DNA of 64,000 nt from Patescibacteria group bacterium (GCA_041650995.1 JBAZJZ010000001.1:299302-363301); one strand, 5' to 3'; shown: positions 9,193 through 19,919, counted from the first letter of the stretch. Translations and numbers: made by a program. The notes: generated from the letters alone by a model not told the origin.

Positions 9193-9813
9193 ATGAATCA
9201 ACAACCTACAACTTCAAAGATGCCAAAAGAAACCGAGCAGCAATACACGGCTTGGCTTTTGTATTGCGAATACGGGAGCATCGACAAACTGCTTCAGGCT
9301 TGGCAAGGAATCGAGAGGCGGACAAAGGCGGATGAAAGGCGGACAGAATTTGAAGCTCTAATGGAGAAATTAGGTAATCCTCCGGCGCGAACCACCATAG
9401 GAGAATGGTCAATAAAATATCAATGGATAAAAAGAAAAGAAATGAAGATAGCGGAAGATTTGGAAGCTCTACGAGAAAAGACGAAAAAAATAAAGCGAGA
9501 AAAGCTCCATAGGATCGCTGAAATATTTGACCGAATTACTAACAAAATTCTCAAAGGGCTTCGAGGAAATGAAGAACCAACTATTTCAGAATGGAAAATG
9601 GTCTGGGACATGTTTCAGATCGAGCTTGGCAAACCTACCACCAGAGGCGAATTAAAGACAGAACCAGAACAACGACCACTGACTCCCGAAGAAAAAGAGC
9701 ACGGAAAGAGACTTCATAAAGCTGTGGAATGGTATTTGGAAAACCAGCTGGATGATGAAGACAAATGGCAAGAATTCCAAAAGCTCATTGAGAAAAATAA
9801 GAAAATGAGATAA
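9193..9813 (+). CDS. Phage terminase-small-subunit-like DNA-binding protein
   Basis: ETEQQYTAWLLYC..GSIDK...TI.EWS.KYQW..R followed by a coiled coil. The resemblance is judged by eye. Confidence 0.4.
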   Translation: MNQQPTTSKMPKETEQQYTAWLLYCEYGSIDKLLQAWQGIERRTKADERRTEFEALMEKLGNPPARTTIGEWSIKYQWIKRKEMKIAEDLEALREKTKKIKREKLHRIAEIFDRITNKILKGLRGNEEPTISEWKMVWDMFQIELGKPTTRGELKTEPEQRPLTPEEKEHGKRLHKAVEWYLENQLDDEDKWQEFQKLIEKNKKMR

Positions 9814-10053
9814 AATAGAATTGCGTCCTACAAGTTTGAATTAAAGCACAGGGTAATTGCTTCTTTTGAAGCCCAATTGCGGGCTGAAAGGGGCGACTAT
9901 CCTCCACAATTGGTTGCCTTGTGCAATTCAATCTTGTGGGACGCAGGCTCTGGTCGTCCCTTTTTGTTTTGTTTGACTTCCTAAAACCTTCGGCCCATGT
10001 TGTGTGTAGAAAGGCCGAAATCAATATTAAGTAAATAATTAATGAACAAACAT

Positions 10054-10914
10054 ATGAAAAATAAAGCCATAATTTACGCCGTAATCGCCATTGTAGCGGT
10101 CTTTGGGGCAGGTTACGGAGTTTATCACCTTCTAAGCAACGTACCGCAGAATAAAGGCAACGTTGATGTAGCCTCAATAACGACATTCGAGGCATGCAAC
10201 AAAGCAGGCTTCCCGACCATCAAACATTATCCCGACCAGTGCCAGACTCCTGACGGGAGAATCTTCGTCAATGAAAATCCTCCGAGCGAAGCCGAGCTCG
10301 CCAAAGCAGAATCTGCGATCAAGACATTTATGGGAGAGCCGAATCTGGAGCTTGAATACATAACGCAAAAAAGACATCCCGCAAACTTCTCAGTCTTAAG
10401 CAACGTCAAACAAAATGACGGCGGGTTCACAGCCGACACTCCCGAAGAATGGTATCGCCCAGTCTACATTTTCCAGCAAAAGAATTATATCAATGACCGA
10501 TGTGAAGTCTACCAATACCAAGTGACGATCAAAACAAATCAGGTCGTGGAGATTGGAATTGTCTACCCGATAGAACGCAATGCCACAACGCCAGGCAATT
10601 GCCCTGATAATGGTTCGCTTGAGACTCCGTTAAAGACCAAAGCCGAGATTGAGCAGATTGCATTTGCTTATTTCGGCAGAGACCCGGAACACACAAAATT
10701 CATGCTCCGATCAGACATCCAGCCTCAATATATTCCAAGCAAGGCAGGCGCAGCGAATCCCGCACAAAACGAATGGCGATGGGAAGATAAAAATGTCTCG
10801 CTCCCAGATGGACTAACAGGCGATCCCTGGCAACATCCAATCGCCAGAATAATAATATCGAGTGGCGGTAAGCTGATTTATTACCTGAACACCACCGACT
10901 TATTTAAAAACTAA
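10054..10914 (+). CDS. Membrane-anchored exported protein
   Basis: N-terminal TM helix and a Cys motif FEACNKAGFP...YPDQCQTPDG. Confidence 0.7.
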   Translation: MKNKAIIYAVIAIVAVFGAGYGVYHLLSNVPQNKGNVDVASITTFEACNKAGFPTIKHYPDQCQTPDGRIFVNENPPSEAELAKAESAIKTFMGEPNLELEYITQKRHPANFSVLSNVKQNDGGFTADTPEEWYRPVYIFQQKNYINDRCEVYQYQVTIKTNQVVEIGIVYPIERNATTPGNCPDNGSLETPLKTKAEIEQIAFAYFGRDPEHTKFMLRSDIQPQYIPSKAGAANPAQNEWRWEDKNVSLPDGLTGDPWQHPIARIIISSGGKLIYYLNTTDLFKN

Positions 10915-10915
10915 T

Positions 10916-12526
10916 ATGAACTCAGAGGAATTAACAAAAATAACATATTTCCTCTACGCCAGAAAATCATCTGAACAAGAAGACAGACAAGTACTCTCAA
11001 TTGATTCTCAGAAAAGTGAGCTTGAATCATTAGCTAAAAAAGAAAGACTAAATATTGTAAGTCGGTTTGAGGAATCATACTCGGCCAAAGGCCCGGGCAG
11101 AAAAATCTTTAATGAAATAATCGCCCGGATAGAAAAAGGTGAAGCCAATGCTATTCTTGCGTGGCATCCAAACAGGCTCTCAAGAAACTCGGTTGATACC
11201 GGATATTTGATCTATCTCATGGATCAAAACAAATTGCTTGAAATCCGGACTCCGGGCCAGACATTCAAAAATACTCCCAACGATAAATTCCTTCTTAACC
11301 TGCTTTGCAGCCAGGCCAAACTTGAAAACGACAACAAAGGCATAGATGTGAAGCGCGGGTTGAGGCGCAAAGTAGAATTGGGATGGCATCCCGGTCCGGC
11401 TCCGATCGGCTATTTAAACACGCCCGACAAAGAAAAAGGATTTAAGACAATCCGTAAAGATTCAAAAATGTTCCCGATTATCAGGAAAATGTTTGATATG
11501 GTCTTGAGCGGGAGCTATACCGCACCAAGAGTGCATGAGATCGCAGTCAATCAATGGGGTTTAAAGAAATTGGCCCGAAGCGGCTTCTATCGCACGCTTT
11601 ATAATCCCTTCTATTATGGCTGGTTTGAATGGCCAAGAGGTAGTGGTAACTGGCATAAAGGTAAACACGAACCGATGATCACGCGCGAAGAATTCGATCG
11701 CGTCCAACAGCTACTCCATCCTGGTCAAAAACCAAAGCCCGAAAAGCACGTCTTCGCTTATACCGGCATGATCCGCTGTGGCGAGTGTGGCTGTATGGTT
11801 ACGGCCGAAAATAAAGTTAAAAGAAATAAGCAGGGTGGCGAACATTATTATACTTATTACCACTGCACGAAGCGCAAAGGCCCGTGCAGTCAGCAATGCA
11901 TTGAAATAAAGGATTTAGAAAAGCAGATAGCAAAAACTCTGACCGGCATTGAAGTACCGCCAGAATTCCACAGCTGGGCTATGACATGGCTCCGGGCCGA
12001 GAACGGCAGAGAATCAAGCGACAGAAATAACATTCTTAACAATCTACAAAAGAATTACGAGGTGTGTGTCCGTAAGCTGGACACGCTGATTGATATGCGC
12101 GCTGCCGGGGAGATCACTGAAGAAGAATTTAACAAAAAGAAATCGACGGTGACCCAGGAAAAAGCCAGACTCCAGGAACTTTTAAATGACACTGACAACC
12201 GCGTAGACAGCTGGCTCGATGTTGCAAACCGGGTCATTAGATTCTCTGAAGACGCAAAAGAAGCATTCGAAAACAAAGGACTTCAGGCCAAGAAAATCAT
12301 TCTGGCCGGCCTCGGTTCGAACCTCCTCTTAAAAGACAAAATACTCGAGATTGACGTACAAAATGCACTCCTGCCCATGCAACTCGTCTCTTCCGGGGCG
12401 AAAATAAAAACAAACCGGTTAGAACCGGTCAAAGTGAGCCTAAATAAAGAGAAAAGCAGAGCTTTTGGCTCTGCAAATCCCACATGGCTCCGGGGGTGGG
12501 ATTCGAACCCACGACCAATCGGTTAA
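10916..12526 (+). CDS. Large serine recombinase (integrase)
   Basis: YARKSSE catalytic Ser, NRLSRN, recombinase domain, Zn ribbon (CGECG...YYHC...C) and coiled coil. The last 13 codons are read from the antisense strand of tRNA-Asn. Confidence 0.95.
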   Translation: MNSEELTKITYFLYARKSSEQEDRQVLSIDSQKSELESLAKKERLNIVSRFEESYSAKGPGRKIFNEIIARIEKGEANAILAWHPNRLSRNSVDTGYLIYLMDQNKLLEIRTPGQTFKNTPNDKFLLNLLCSQAKLENDNKGIDVKRGLRRKVELGWHPGPAPIGYLNTPDKEKGFKTIRKDSKMFPIIRKMFDMVLSGSYTAPRVHEIAVNQWGLKKLARSGFYRTLYNPFYYGWFEWPRGSGNWHKGKHEPMITREEFDRVQQLLHPGQKPKPEKHVFAYTGMIRCGECGCMVTAENKVKRNKQGGEHYYTYYHCTKRKGPCSQQCIEIKDLEKQIAKTLTGIEVPPEFHSWAMTWLRAENGRESSDRNNILNNLQKNYEVCVRKLDTLIDMRAAGEITEEEFNKKKSTVTQEKARLQELLNDTDNRVDSWLDVANRVIRFSEDAKEAFENKGLQAKKIILAGLGSNLLLKDKILEIDVQNALLPMQLVSSGAKIKTNRLEPVKVSLNKEKSRAFGSANPTWLRGWDSNPRPIG

Positions 12527-12559
12527 CAGCCGAACGCTCTGCCACTGAGCTACCCCGGA
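12485..12559 (-). tRNA. tRNA-Asn(GTT)
   Basis: Reverse complement TCCGGGGTAGCTCAGTGGCAGAGCGTTCGGCTGTTAACCGATTGGTCGTGGGTTCGAATCCCACCCCCGGAGCCA forms a cloverleaf with CCA encoded. Confidence 0.97.
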
Positions 12560-12601
12560 ATATCTTAAAAATTACCAAAATTACTTTGGTTTTATACTTT
12601 A

Positions 12602-13837
12602 TCAATAATCTCTTAATTTTTCAATACCCTTAAATCCCTGCACTTTTTCAAGCGCCTTAGCTTCAATTTGACGGATACGTTCGCGCGTTACGCCAAACTC
12701 TTCACCGACTTCTTCCAAGGTATGCGAAACTCCATCAGAAAGTCCGAAACGCATTTCCAAAATTTTTTGTTCGCGAGGCAACAAATCTTTAATTGCTTCT
12801 TTAACATATTCGCGCAAAAGTTGCAGCGCCGCGGCGCGGTCCGGAGAAACATTTTTAAAATCTTCTATAAAATCTTCAAGCACACTGTCTTCATCTTCAT
12901 CACCAACCGAAGTATCAAGAGAAACCGTGTCTTGCGAAATCTGAATTAAATTTCTGATTTTTTCCACATCCTCGCCCATTTCCGAAGCAATTTCTTCCGG
13001 CAATGGTTCGCGTCCTAAATCCTGAATTAATTGCCGCGCCACCTGCTGGTAACGATTAATTGTTTCCACCATATGCACCGGAATTCTGATAGTTCTTGAC
13101 TGATCAGCGAGGGCGCGCGTGACAGCCTGACGGATCCACCAGGTCGCGTAAGTAGAAAATTTATAACCCTTACTCGGATCAAATTTTTCCACGGCACGCA
13201 TCAAACCGATATTCCCTTCCTGGATTAAATCTGCTAAAGATAAATTTTTTCCCACGAATTTTTTGGCAATAGAAACAACAAGACGCAAATTGGCGACCAT
13301 CAACCTCTGTGCCGCTTCCTGATCACCCTGGTCTTTTCGGCGAGCCAACGCCATTTCTTCTTCGGTTGTTAAAAGGGGGACCTTGCCGATTTCGCGGAGA
13401 TACATCTGAATAGAATCAGTAGAAATATCACCGAGGTCTAGCCGCTTTTTTTCTTTACTGACTCCAATGTCTGCTAAAAGTTTTTTTCTTTCTTCAACGC
13501 GTCCCAAAATATCGCTCTTTACTTCGACCACGGAAATTCCGACCTCATCTACTTTATCTAAAAACTCTTCGTATTTTTTAATATAGTTTTCCAAATCAGA
13601 AAAAGTAAAAAGTATTTCCGAGTCAGTTAAAAAACCTCTCATGCGACCCTTGTCCAGGAGAGTTTTTGTCGCTACTTCGCTTGGCGGAAGAATTTTTGGT
13701 GTGAGAGCTCTCGCTGCTTTTTTCGCTTTATTTTTTTCCCCGCGTTTAACAATCTTTTTCTTCCCGACGCGCTTTTTAACTTTAATTTTTTTAGCGCTGC
13801 TTTTCTTCTTCGGCCGACGCGCTTTTTTAGTTTTCAT
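12602..13837 (-). CDS. rpoD: RNA polymerase primary sigma factor
   Basis: [39 protein letters not shown] and [10 protein letters not shown]; Lys-rich N-terminus. Confidence 0.97.
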   Translation of the reverse strand: MKTKKARRPKKKSSAKKIKVKKRVGKKKIVKRGEKNKAKKAARALTPKILPPSEVATKTLLDKGRMRGFLTDSEILFTFSDLENYIKKYEEFLDKVDEVGISVVEVKSDILGRVEERKKLLADIGVSKEKKRLDLGDISTDSIQMYLREIGKVPLLTTEEEMALARRKDQGDQEAAQRLMVANLRLVVSIAKKFVGKNLSLADLIQEGNIGLMRAVEKFDPSKGYKFSTYATWWIRQAVTRALADQSRTIRIPVHMVETINRYQQVARQLIQDLGREPLPEEIASEMGEDVEKIRNLIQISQDTVSLDTSVGDEDEDSVLEDFIEDFKNVSPDRAAALQLLREYVKEAIKDLLPREQKILEMRFGLSDGVSHTLEEVGEEFGVTRERIRQIEAKALEKVQGFKGIEKLRDY

Positions 13838-13924
13838 TTATTTTAAATATTCAAAAATTTTAATCAAATCCTTAACCGCCAAAGACAAATTACAAAACTC
13901 CCCTCCCTATTTTATACTTCTACT

Positions 13925-15718
13925 TCAAATATTTATTAGCTGATTGAATTCTTCCGCCAATTCTTTTATTCGGCCAAGTTCTTTATTTTCTTCCGCTTTT
14001 TTCATTTCAGCTTGCAGCCGCCGGCGTTCGTTTTTAATATAGTTTTCACGCAATGATTTTGCGTTCTGCAAAATTTCATTACCAATTTCTTCTTCGCTAA
14101 ATTCGGCAAAATCTTTTTCCGCTAAAAGAAATAAGCTCGCAATATATTTTTTTTCATTTGGATCATCCGAAATACTAACCATTACGTTCTCTAAATCTTC
14201 TTTATCCACAGACTTATTATAGTATAAAATTAAGTTTTTGTAAATTTCCCCGAAAGGCTCTTCCGGAAACATAAACGGCTCAAGATAAGGAACAGCCAGG
14301 GATAATTGATTGGGATATTTAAAAACCAAAGCAATAAATCTCTCAGCTAAAAGAGGGCGGCGTTTTTTTGCGGCGGCGGTAATGATTTTTTCTCCGGGCA
14401 ACGACGGACTTGCCGCGATTTTTTCGTGAGGCAGGGATTCACGTAAAATCTGCTCCGGCACCCCTAAAATATTAGCTAATTTTTCCAGATAAAAATTTTG
14501 TTCAACTTTATCAGGAATTTTTATCAATTCCGCAAGTAGTGTTTTTGCCGCCTTCTTTTTGTCTTCCACCTTACGCAAATCAAGTCCGTTCAGAGTTTTT
14601 TTAATATAATAATCCATGAAGGCCATGGAGTTTGTAATCGCCTCGCGCCAAAGATTTGGATCTTTTTTTATATAATCATCGGGATCTTTTCCAATTTCCG
14701 GCGTTAACATTATAACTTTTATATTAATCCCTTCTTTCAGGGCGACGTCAATTCCCCGCATCGCCGCCGTATTACCCGCTAAATCCGCGTCAAAAGAAAT
14801 CGCGAGGTTTGGCGAATATCTTTTCAATAAATTTATTTGTTCTACGGTCATGGCCGTGCCGGAAGACGCTACAACATTTTGCACACCCGCCTGATGCGAA
14901 GCAATTACATCCATATTACCCTCAACCATCACTGCCAAGTTTTCTTTTTTAATTTCCTGTTTGGCAAAATCTAAACCATAAATCACCCGACTTTTATCAT
15001 AAACCAAAGTCTGCGGCGTGTTCACATATTTCCCGCCGGCGTTTTCCTTTTTCTCCGCCTCGGGCATCAAACGCGCCGTAAATCCGACAACGTGGCCGTG
15101 GATGTCGCGGATGGGAAACATTATTCTTCCCCGAAAACGATCGTAATATCCCGCGCCCCGCTCTTTTTTTACGGAAAGCCCGGCCAAAAAAATGTCTTTT
15201 TCAGAAAAACCTTTTCCGCATAAAAATTTTATCGCGCTATCCCAGGAATTCGGCCCGAAACCAAGAAAAAATTTCTCTACTGTTTCTTCAGTCAATCGAC
15301 GTTTTTCAAAAAGATAATTTCTCGCCGCTTCAGCTTCGGGCATTTTTAATAAATTATAATGATAAAATCTCGCTGCCGCTTCCAAAACATCTAACAATTT
15401 TGTTTTTTGGCTTGAAAGACTTTTATCTTCATAGCGAAGCGTTACTCCGGCGCGCTTGGCCAAAATTTTTAAAGCTTCGGGAAATTCAATATTTTCAATC
15501 TTCTGGACAAAACTTATTACGTCGCCGCCCTCACCGCAGCCAAAACAATGCCAGATTTGTTTGTCGCGAGAAACCATAAAAGAAGGTGTCTTCTCGTTAT
15601 GAAACGGGCAAAGACCCTTCCAATTACCACCCGCCTGTTTCATATTGGACACATACTCGCCAATAACTTCCACAATGTCCAGGCGGTTTTTAATTTCCTC
15701 AACTTGCGAATCGGGCAT
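13925..15718 (-). CDS. dnaG: DNA primase
   Basis: CPFHNEKTPSF Zn finger, DRFRGRIMFPI, TOPRIM motifs EGNMDV and FDADLAG. Confidence 0.97.
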   Translation of the reverse strand: MPDSQVEEIKNRLDIVEVIGEYVSNMKQAGGNWKGLCPFHNEKTPSFMVSRDKQIWHCFGCGEGGDVISFVQKIENIEFPEALKILAKRAGVTLRYEDKSLSSQKTKLLDVLEAAARFYHYNLLKMPEAEAARNYLFEKRRLTEETVEKFFLGFGPNSWDSAIKFLCGKGFSEKDIFLAGLSVKKERGAGYYDRFRGRIMFPIRDIHGHVVGFTARLMPEAEKKENAGGKYVNTPQTLVYDKSRVIYGLDFAKQEIKKENLAVMVEGNMDVIASHQAGVQNVVASSGTAMTVEQINLLKRYSPNLAISFDADLAGNTAAMRGIDVALKEGINIKVIMLTPEIGKDPDDYIKKDPNLWREAITNSMAFMDYYIKKTLNGLDLRKVEDKKKAAKTLLAELIKIPDKVEQNFYLEKLANILGVPEQILRESLPHEKIAASPSLPGEKIITAAAKKRRPLLAERFIALVFKYPNQLSLAVPYLEPFMFPEEPFGEIYKNLILYYNKSVDKEDLENVMVSISDDPNEKKYIASLFLLAEKDFAEFSEEEIGNEILQNAKSLRENYIKNERRRLQAEMKKAEENKELGRIKELAEEFNQLINI

Positions 15719-15720
15719 AA

Positions 15721-16407
15721 TTATATTTTTTCTATTCTAATATTTTTGGAAAACATATCCTTTTCTTGTATATAAAATTCATCATTGAATGAAAGTATAT
15801 AAGATTGTGAAAATGTTTTTACATTATCGGCCCCAATCAATAAATCTAATTGATATTTTCCTGCTTCTAAAATATTGGGATAGACATCCCCCTCAACCTT
15901 ATTGGGCTGTGCCACGGTATCGATTTTAAACATAATCCGGTTATCCTTGATTAATACAAAAAAACCTATATCGCAGTGTCTAAAATGTTTGGGCAAAATT
16001 TTTTTAATAGTAATATCCCTATAATGACTCCATACTAAATTCATGGGTAAAAATTTCTTTAGCTCGTCTTTTTTCTCGCCATCAAATTTCCAACATTTAT
16101 TTATCATAACCTCAACATTTTCTGCCGGATGCTTTCCTATATTCACTACTTTCATCCTCATATAGAATGAATCACTTTCACTGCCCGTTTCTCGATCTTT
16201 TAATTTTATTTTGTGACAATCTGGCGGCTCTAGTTTGATATCGCTCTCTATTTTTGTTTTTTTGAAACGGGCGGTTATTTTTACCTGAAATAAAGCAACC
16301 AGTGCAGTAAAAAACATCACTACTGCTACTATTATATTAACAACCAAATTTGTGGGATCTGTTAAGACGGGAATAATTTGTGGTGCTTGTTTTATTACTT
16401 CATTCAT
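15721..16407 (-). CDS. Hypothetical protein with N-terminal TM helix
   Basis: AT-rich 228-aa ORF directly upstream of dnaG. Confidence 0.7.
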   Translation of the reverse strand: MNEVIKQAPQIIPVLTDPTNLVVNIIVAVVMFFTALVALFQVKITARFKKTKIESDIKLEPPDCHKIKLKDRETGSESDSFYMRMKVVNIGKHPAENVEVMINKCWKFDGEKKDELKKFLPMNLVWSHYRDITIKKILPKHFRHCDIGFFVLIKDNRIMFKIDTVAQPNKVEGDVYPNILEAGKYQLDLLIGADNVKTFSQSYILSFNDEFYIQEKDMFSKNIRIEKI

Positions 16408-16501
16408 ACAAAAATCACTATTATATAAATCAATTTTATGCTACAATTACAAAAGTATTTTGCCTTAATATTGTAGTTTAAAATCAGTTTTAAGTAAAGA
16501 T

Positions 16502-18193
16502 ATGGCTGACAAAAAAATTCCCGAATTAAAAAATCTTGCAAGTGAACCGAAAATCGCTTATTTTACGATGGAAATCGGTCTTCGCGAAGAAATTCCAACT
16601 TATAGCGGGGGCCTTGGAATTTTGGCTGGCGATGCGACAAAATCCGCAGCAGATTTGGAAATTCCTTTTGTCGCAGTTACCCTTTTAAACCATAAAGGGT
16701 ATTTTACACAAGAGCTAACAAAGAACGGCCAACAAATCGAATACCCGGTAAAATGGAATCATAAAAAATATTTAACACCGCTACCCTTCACGACCGAAGT
16801 TCATATTCATGGCCGGAGAGTTATAATTAAGCCTTGGCTTTACACTATACGCGGCGCGACCGGCGCGAAAGTCCATGTTATTTTTTTAGATACGGATATT
16901 AAAGAAAATATTTTAAAAGATCGAAAAATTTCTTATTTTCTCTATGGCGGCGATGCTAAATACCGATTGAAACAAGAAATCGTTTTAGGAGTTGGCGGGA
17001 CGCGCATTTTAAAATCGCTCGGTGTTGATGTAAAAAAATACCACATGAACGAAGGCCATGCCGCGTTTTTAACTTTGGAACTTTTGCGAATGAATAATTT
17101 TAATTTGGAAGAAACTAGAAAAAAATGTGTTTTTACGACACACACTCCGGTTGCCGCCGGGCACGACCATTTTGATTACGCCCTCGCGGAAGAACAAATG
17201 GAGCCGCTTGTCGCGCCGACACTTCTCCGGAAACTTTGCGGAAAAGAAAATTTAAATATGACTCGCCTCGCCTTCAATATGAGCAATTATGTGAACGGCG
17301 TGGCCAAACGGCATCGGGAAATTTCTGAAAAAATGTTCCCGGGATACGAAATTCACGCAATCACAAACGGCGTCCATTCTTTTACTTGGACTCATCCCGC
17401 CTTCCGAAAACTTTATGATAAATATCTTCCTGGGTGGGAGGCTGAACTAGAGCTTTTTATCCGTGCATCAATAATTCCCAATGAAGAAATTTGGAAGGCC
17501 CGCGACAAGGGAAAAAAAGAACTAATTGATTTTGTAAATAAAATAACTCATGTCGGGATGGAAAAAGATGTTTTAACGATTGGCTTTGCCCGCCGCGCCA
17601 CGGCCTACAAAAGACATAATTTTATTTTTAAAGATTTGGAACGCCTTGAAGAAATTGCCAAAAAGTTTCCATTGCAAATAATTTTTGCGGGCAAAGCTCA
17701 TCCGCGCGACCTTGGCGGAAAAAAAATAATTAAAGAAGTATTCCAAAATATCAAAAACCTAAAGGGAAAAATAAAAATAGTTTATCTCCCGAACTACAAC
17801 ATTGAAATGGCAAAAAAATTAACTTCCGGATGCGATGTTTGGCTGAATAATCCAGAACGGCCGATGGAAGCCTCGGGAACTTCAGGAATGAAAGCGGCGC
17901 ATAACGGAGTTTTAAATTTTTCAGTATTAGACGGCTGGTGGCTTGAGGGATTCGTGGAGGGTGTAACCGGGTGGGCAATCGGACCAAAACCTGATGAAAA
18001 AATAGGTCCAGTAGAAGCGGAAAAAAGAGAATTGGACGATTTGTACAACAAACTTGAATACACGATTTTACCGATGTATTACGACCGCCGCGACGAATGG
18101 ATGACAATGATGGAAAATTCTATCAGCAAACTGGCTTATTATTTTAATACGCACCGCATGATGCGACGCTATGTCCTTTATGCGTATCTATAA
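16502..18193 (+). CDS. glgP: Alpha-glucan phosphorylase
   Basis: YSGGLGILAGD, HMNEGH, FAGKAHP and the PLP motif EASGTSGMKA. Confidence 0.93.
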   Translation: MADKKIPELKNLASEPKIAYFTMEIGLREEIPTYSGGLGILAGDATKSAADLEIPFVAVTLLNHKGYFTQELTKNGQQIEYPVKWNHKKYLTPLPFTTEVHIHGRRVIIKPWLYTIRGATGAKVHVIFLDTDIKENILKDRKISYFLYGGDAKYRLKQEIVLGVGGTRILKSLGVDVKKYHMNEGHAAFLTLELLRMNNFNLEETRKKCVFTTHTPVAAGHDHFDYALAEEQMEPLVAPTLLRKLCGKENLNMTRLAFNMSNYVNGVAKRHREISEKMFPGYEIHAITNGVHSFTWTHPAFRKLYDKYLPGWEAELELFIRASIIPNEEIWKARDKGKKELIDFVNKITHVGMEKDVLTIGFARRATAYKRHNFIFKDLERLEEIAKKFPLQIIFAGKAHPRDLGGKKIIKEVFQNIKNLKGKIKIVYLPNYNIEMAKKLTSGCDVWLNNPERPMEASGTSGMKAAHNGVLNFSVLDGWWLEGFVEGVTGWAIGPKPDEKIGPVEAEKRELDDLYNKLEYTILPMYYDRRDEWMTMMENSISKLAYYFNTHRMMRRYVLYAYL

Positions 18194-18197
18194 AAAT

Positions 18198-18905
18198 ATG
18201 CAGCAAAAAAAATTGCAAGCAATTAAAAAAAATCCGGCACAGATCGCCAAATACATTGATCATACCGAAGTCAGCCCGAATTCCACGGCAGCGGATATCC
18301 GAAAGCTTTGTGCCGAAGCGAAAAAATATGAGTTTTATTTGGTTATGGTTTTGCCGTATTACGCCGCGCTTGCGAAAAAATTGGTGCGAGGTACAAAAAT
18401 AAAAGTTGGTGTGGTCATGGGTTTCCCTTTTGGCGCGCAATGTACTGAAGCAAAGCTCGCGGAAATGAAGAAAGCGTTTCCTTTTACTGATGAATTTGAT
18501 TTTGTCATCAACCGCCAAGCCTTAAAAAATAAAGATTATGGATTTATCCTAAAAGAGCTAAAAACTTTGGCCAGGGCGAAACGCGGAAAAATTATGAAAG
18601 TTATAATTGAATCGCCGGAACTCACAAACGCGGAAATTTACAAAGCGTCGCAACTGGTTTTGGCTTCTGGCGCTGATTTTGTAAAAACTGCGGTCGGCCT
18701 GCGCGCCGGAGCGAAAATTTCCGACGTAAAAATAATGAAAAAAGTTGTAGATGATAAAATTAGAATTAAAGCCTCTGGCGGAATCAAGAATTTAAAAACC
18801 GCTTTGGCATTTCTCTCGGCTGGCGCCTCACGGCTCGGTACTTCGCACGGAGTGGAAATTATAAAAAGCGGGGTTAGTAAAAAGAAAAGTTATTTTCACG
18901 AATGA
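18198..18905 (+). CDS. deoC: Deoxyribose-phosphate aldolase
   Basis: IDHT, GFPFG, KVIIE, ADFVKT and IKASGGI. Confidence 0.92.
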   Translation: MQQKKLQAIKKNPAQIAKYIDHTEVSPNSTAADIRKLCAEAKKYEFYLVMVLPYYAALAKKLVRGTKIKVGVVMGFPFGAQCTEAKLAEMKKAFPFTDEFDFVINRQALKNKDYGFILKELKTLARAKRGKIMKVIIESPELTNAEIYKASQLVLASGADFVKTAVGLRAGAKISDVKIMKKVVDDKIRIKASGGIKNLKTALAFLSAGASRLGTSHGVEIIKSGVSKKKSYFHE

Positions 18906-19549
18906 AAACCATAATTCTAAAAATAAATTCTAAGAAACCAGAAAAAGAAAAAATAAAAACAGCCGCCTCTGTTCTTCGCCGAGGCGGTTTAGTTGCGTTT
19001 CCCACGGATACGGTTTACGGCCTAGCCGCTGACGCCACAAATTCAAAGGTAGTTAAAAAAATTTATAAAGTCAAAAAAAGACCGCTCGCAAATCCCCTGC
19101 CAATTTTAATCGCAAAAAAAAGTGATTTGAAAAAATATACGCTCGGCGCGCGTGGAAAAATTAAAAAATTAACTGATAAATTCTGGCCGGGGCCGTTGAC
19201 AATTGTCCTTGAAAAGAAAAAAATTATTTCTAACATAATTACTGCCGGAAAAAATTCCGTGGGCATTCGCGTGCCGGCAAATCCCATCGCGATAGCTATC
19301 ATTAACGCGCTCGGCCGACCTCTTGCCACAACTTCCGCAAATATTTCAAATAAAAAAAGTCCGACTACCTCGCGCGACGTAAAAAAATATTTGAACACAA
19401 AAATTGATCTTATTTTAGACGGTGGAAAAACCAAACTTGGCAAAGAATCAACTATTTTGGACTGCACGACTTCGCCGCCAACTATTCTCCGTCCCGGCGC
19501 AATTTCCAAAAATACGCTAGAAAAATTGATTGGAAAAATTAAAACATAA
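18902..19549 (+). CDS. tsaC: Threonylcarbamoyl-AMP synthase (Sua5/TsaC)
   Basis: FPTDTVYGL, KKRP..NP, FWPGPLT and TSANIS. Confidence 0.93.
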   Translation: MKTIILKINSKKPEKEKIKTAASVLRRGGLVAFPTDTVYGLAADATNSKVVKKIYKVKKRPLANPLPILIAKKSDLKKYTLGARGKIKKLTDKFWPGPLTIVLEKKKIISNIITAGKNSVGIRVPANPIAIAIINALGRPLATTSANISNKKSPTTSRDVKKYLNTKIDLILDGGKTKLGKESTILDCTTSPPTILRPGAISKNTLEKLIGKIKT

Positions 19550-19575
19550 AAACGGGCCTCGTGGCCCGTTTTTTT
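19550..19575. terminator. Bidirectional intrinsic terminator
   Basis: aaaacgggcc-tcgt-ggcccgtttttt between convergent genes. Confidence 0.75.
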
Positions 19576-19588
19576 ATTAATACTACTT

Positions 19589-19903
19589 TTATCTAACAAA
19601 AATATTTACCAGAAATGCCGACAAGAGAATTACAAATAAATTCGCCACGGTAAAAAGGAGCATTTTAATCGCTTCTTTTTTCTTATCATTTAACCAAAGA
19701 TAAATCGGCCGACCAAAAACTAAAAGTCCGCACACAAGCGCCGAAAAAACAAAAAGCAAAAGGAATGCTACTGGTCCCCAAAAATTTTCCATCTGGCCAA
19801 AAATTTTCTCGCCGTTCGTTATAACCAAAACCACAAGCATCACATAGGCAAAAACTCCGATGGCGTTAACTGCCGACCACAACCAAATTTTTTGGTTCTT
19901 CAT
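19589..19903 (-). CDS. Three-TM membrane protein
   Basis: Hydrophobic ORF at the end of the ABC operon. Confidence 0.75.
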   Translation of the reverse strand: MKNQKIWLWSAVNAIGVFAYVMLVVLVITNGEKIFGQMENFWGPVAFLLLFVFSALVCGLLVFGRPIYLWLNDKKKEAIKMLLFTVANLFVILLSAFLVNIFVR

Positions 19904-19919
19904 AAATTTTATTAAATTA

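Larger units (their letters stand above)
497..12492. mobile_element. Serine-integrase genomic island / satellite-like element in tRNA-Asn
   Basis: CATGGCTCCG is directly repeated at 497-506 and 12483-12492 (tRNA 3' end). A large serine recombinase sits at the right end, with RM and phage-like cargo inside. Confidence 0.8.

Noticed and set aside
497-12492. Complete prophage or ICE
   Set aside because: No capsid, portal, large terminase, tail, relaxase or VirB4 genes.
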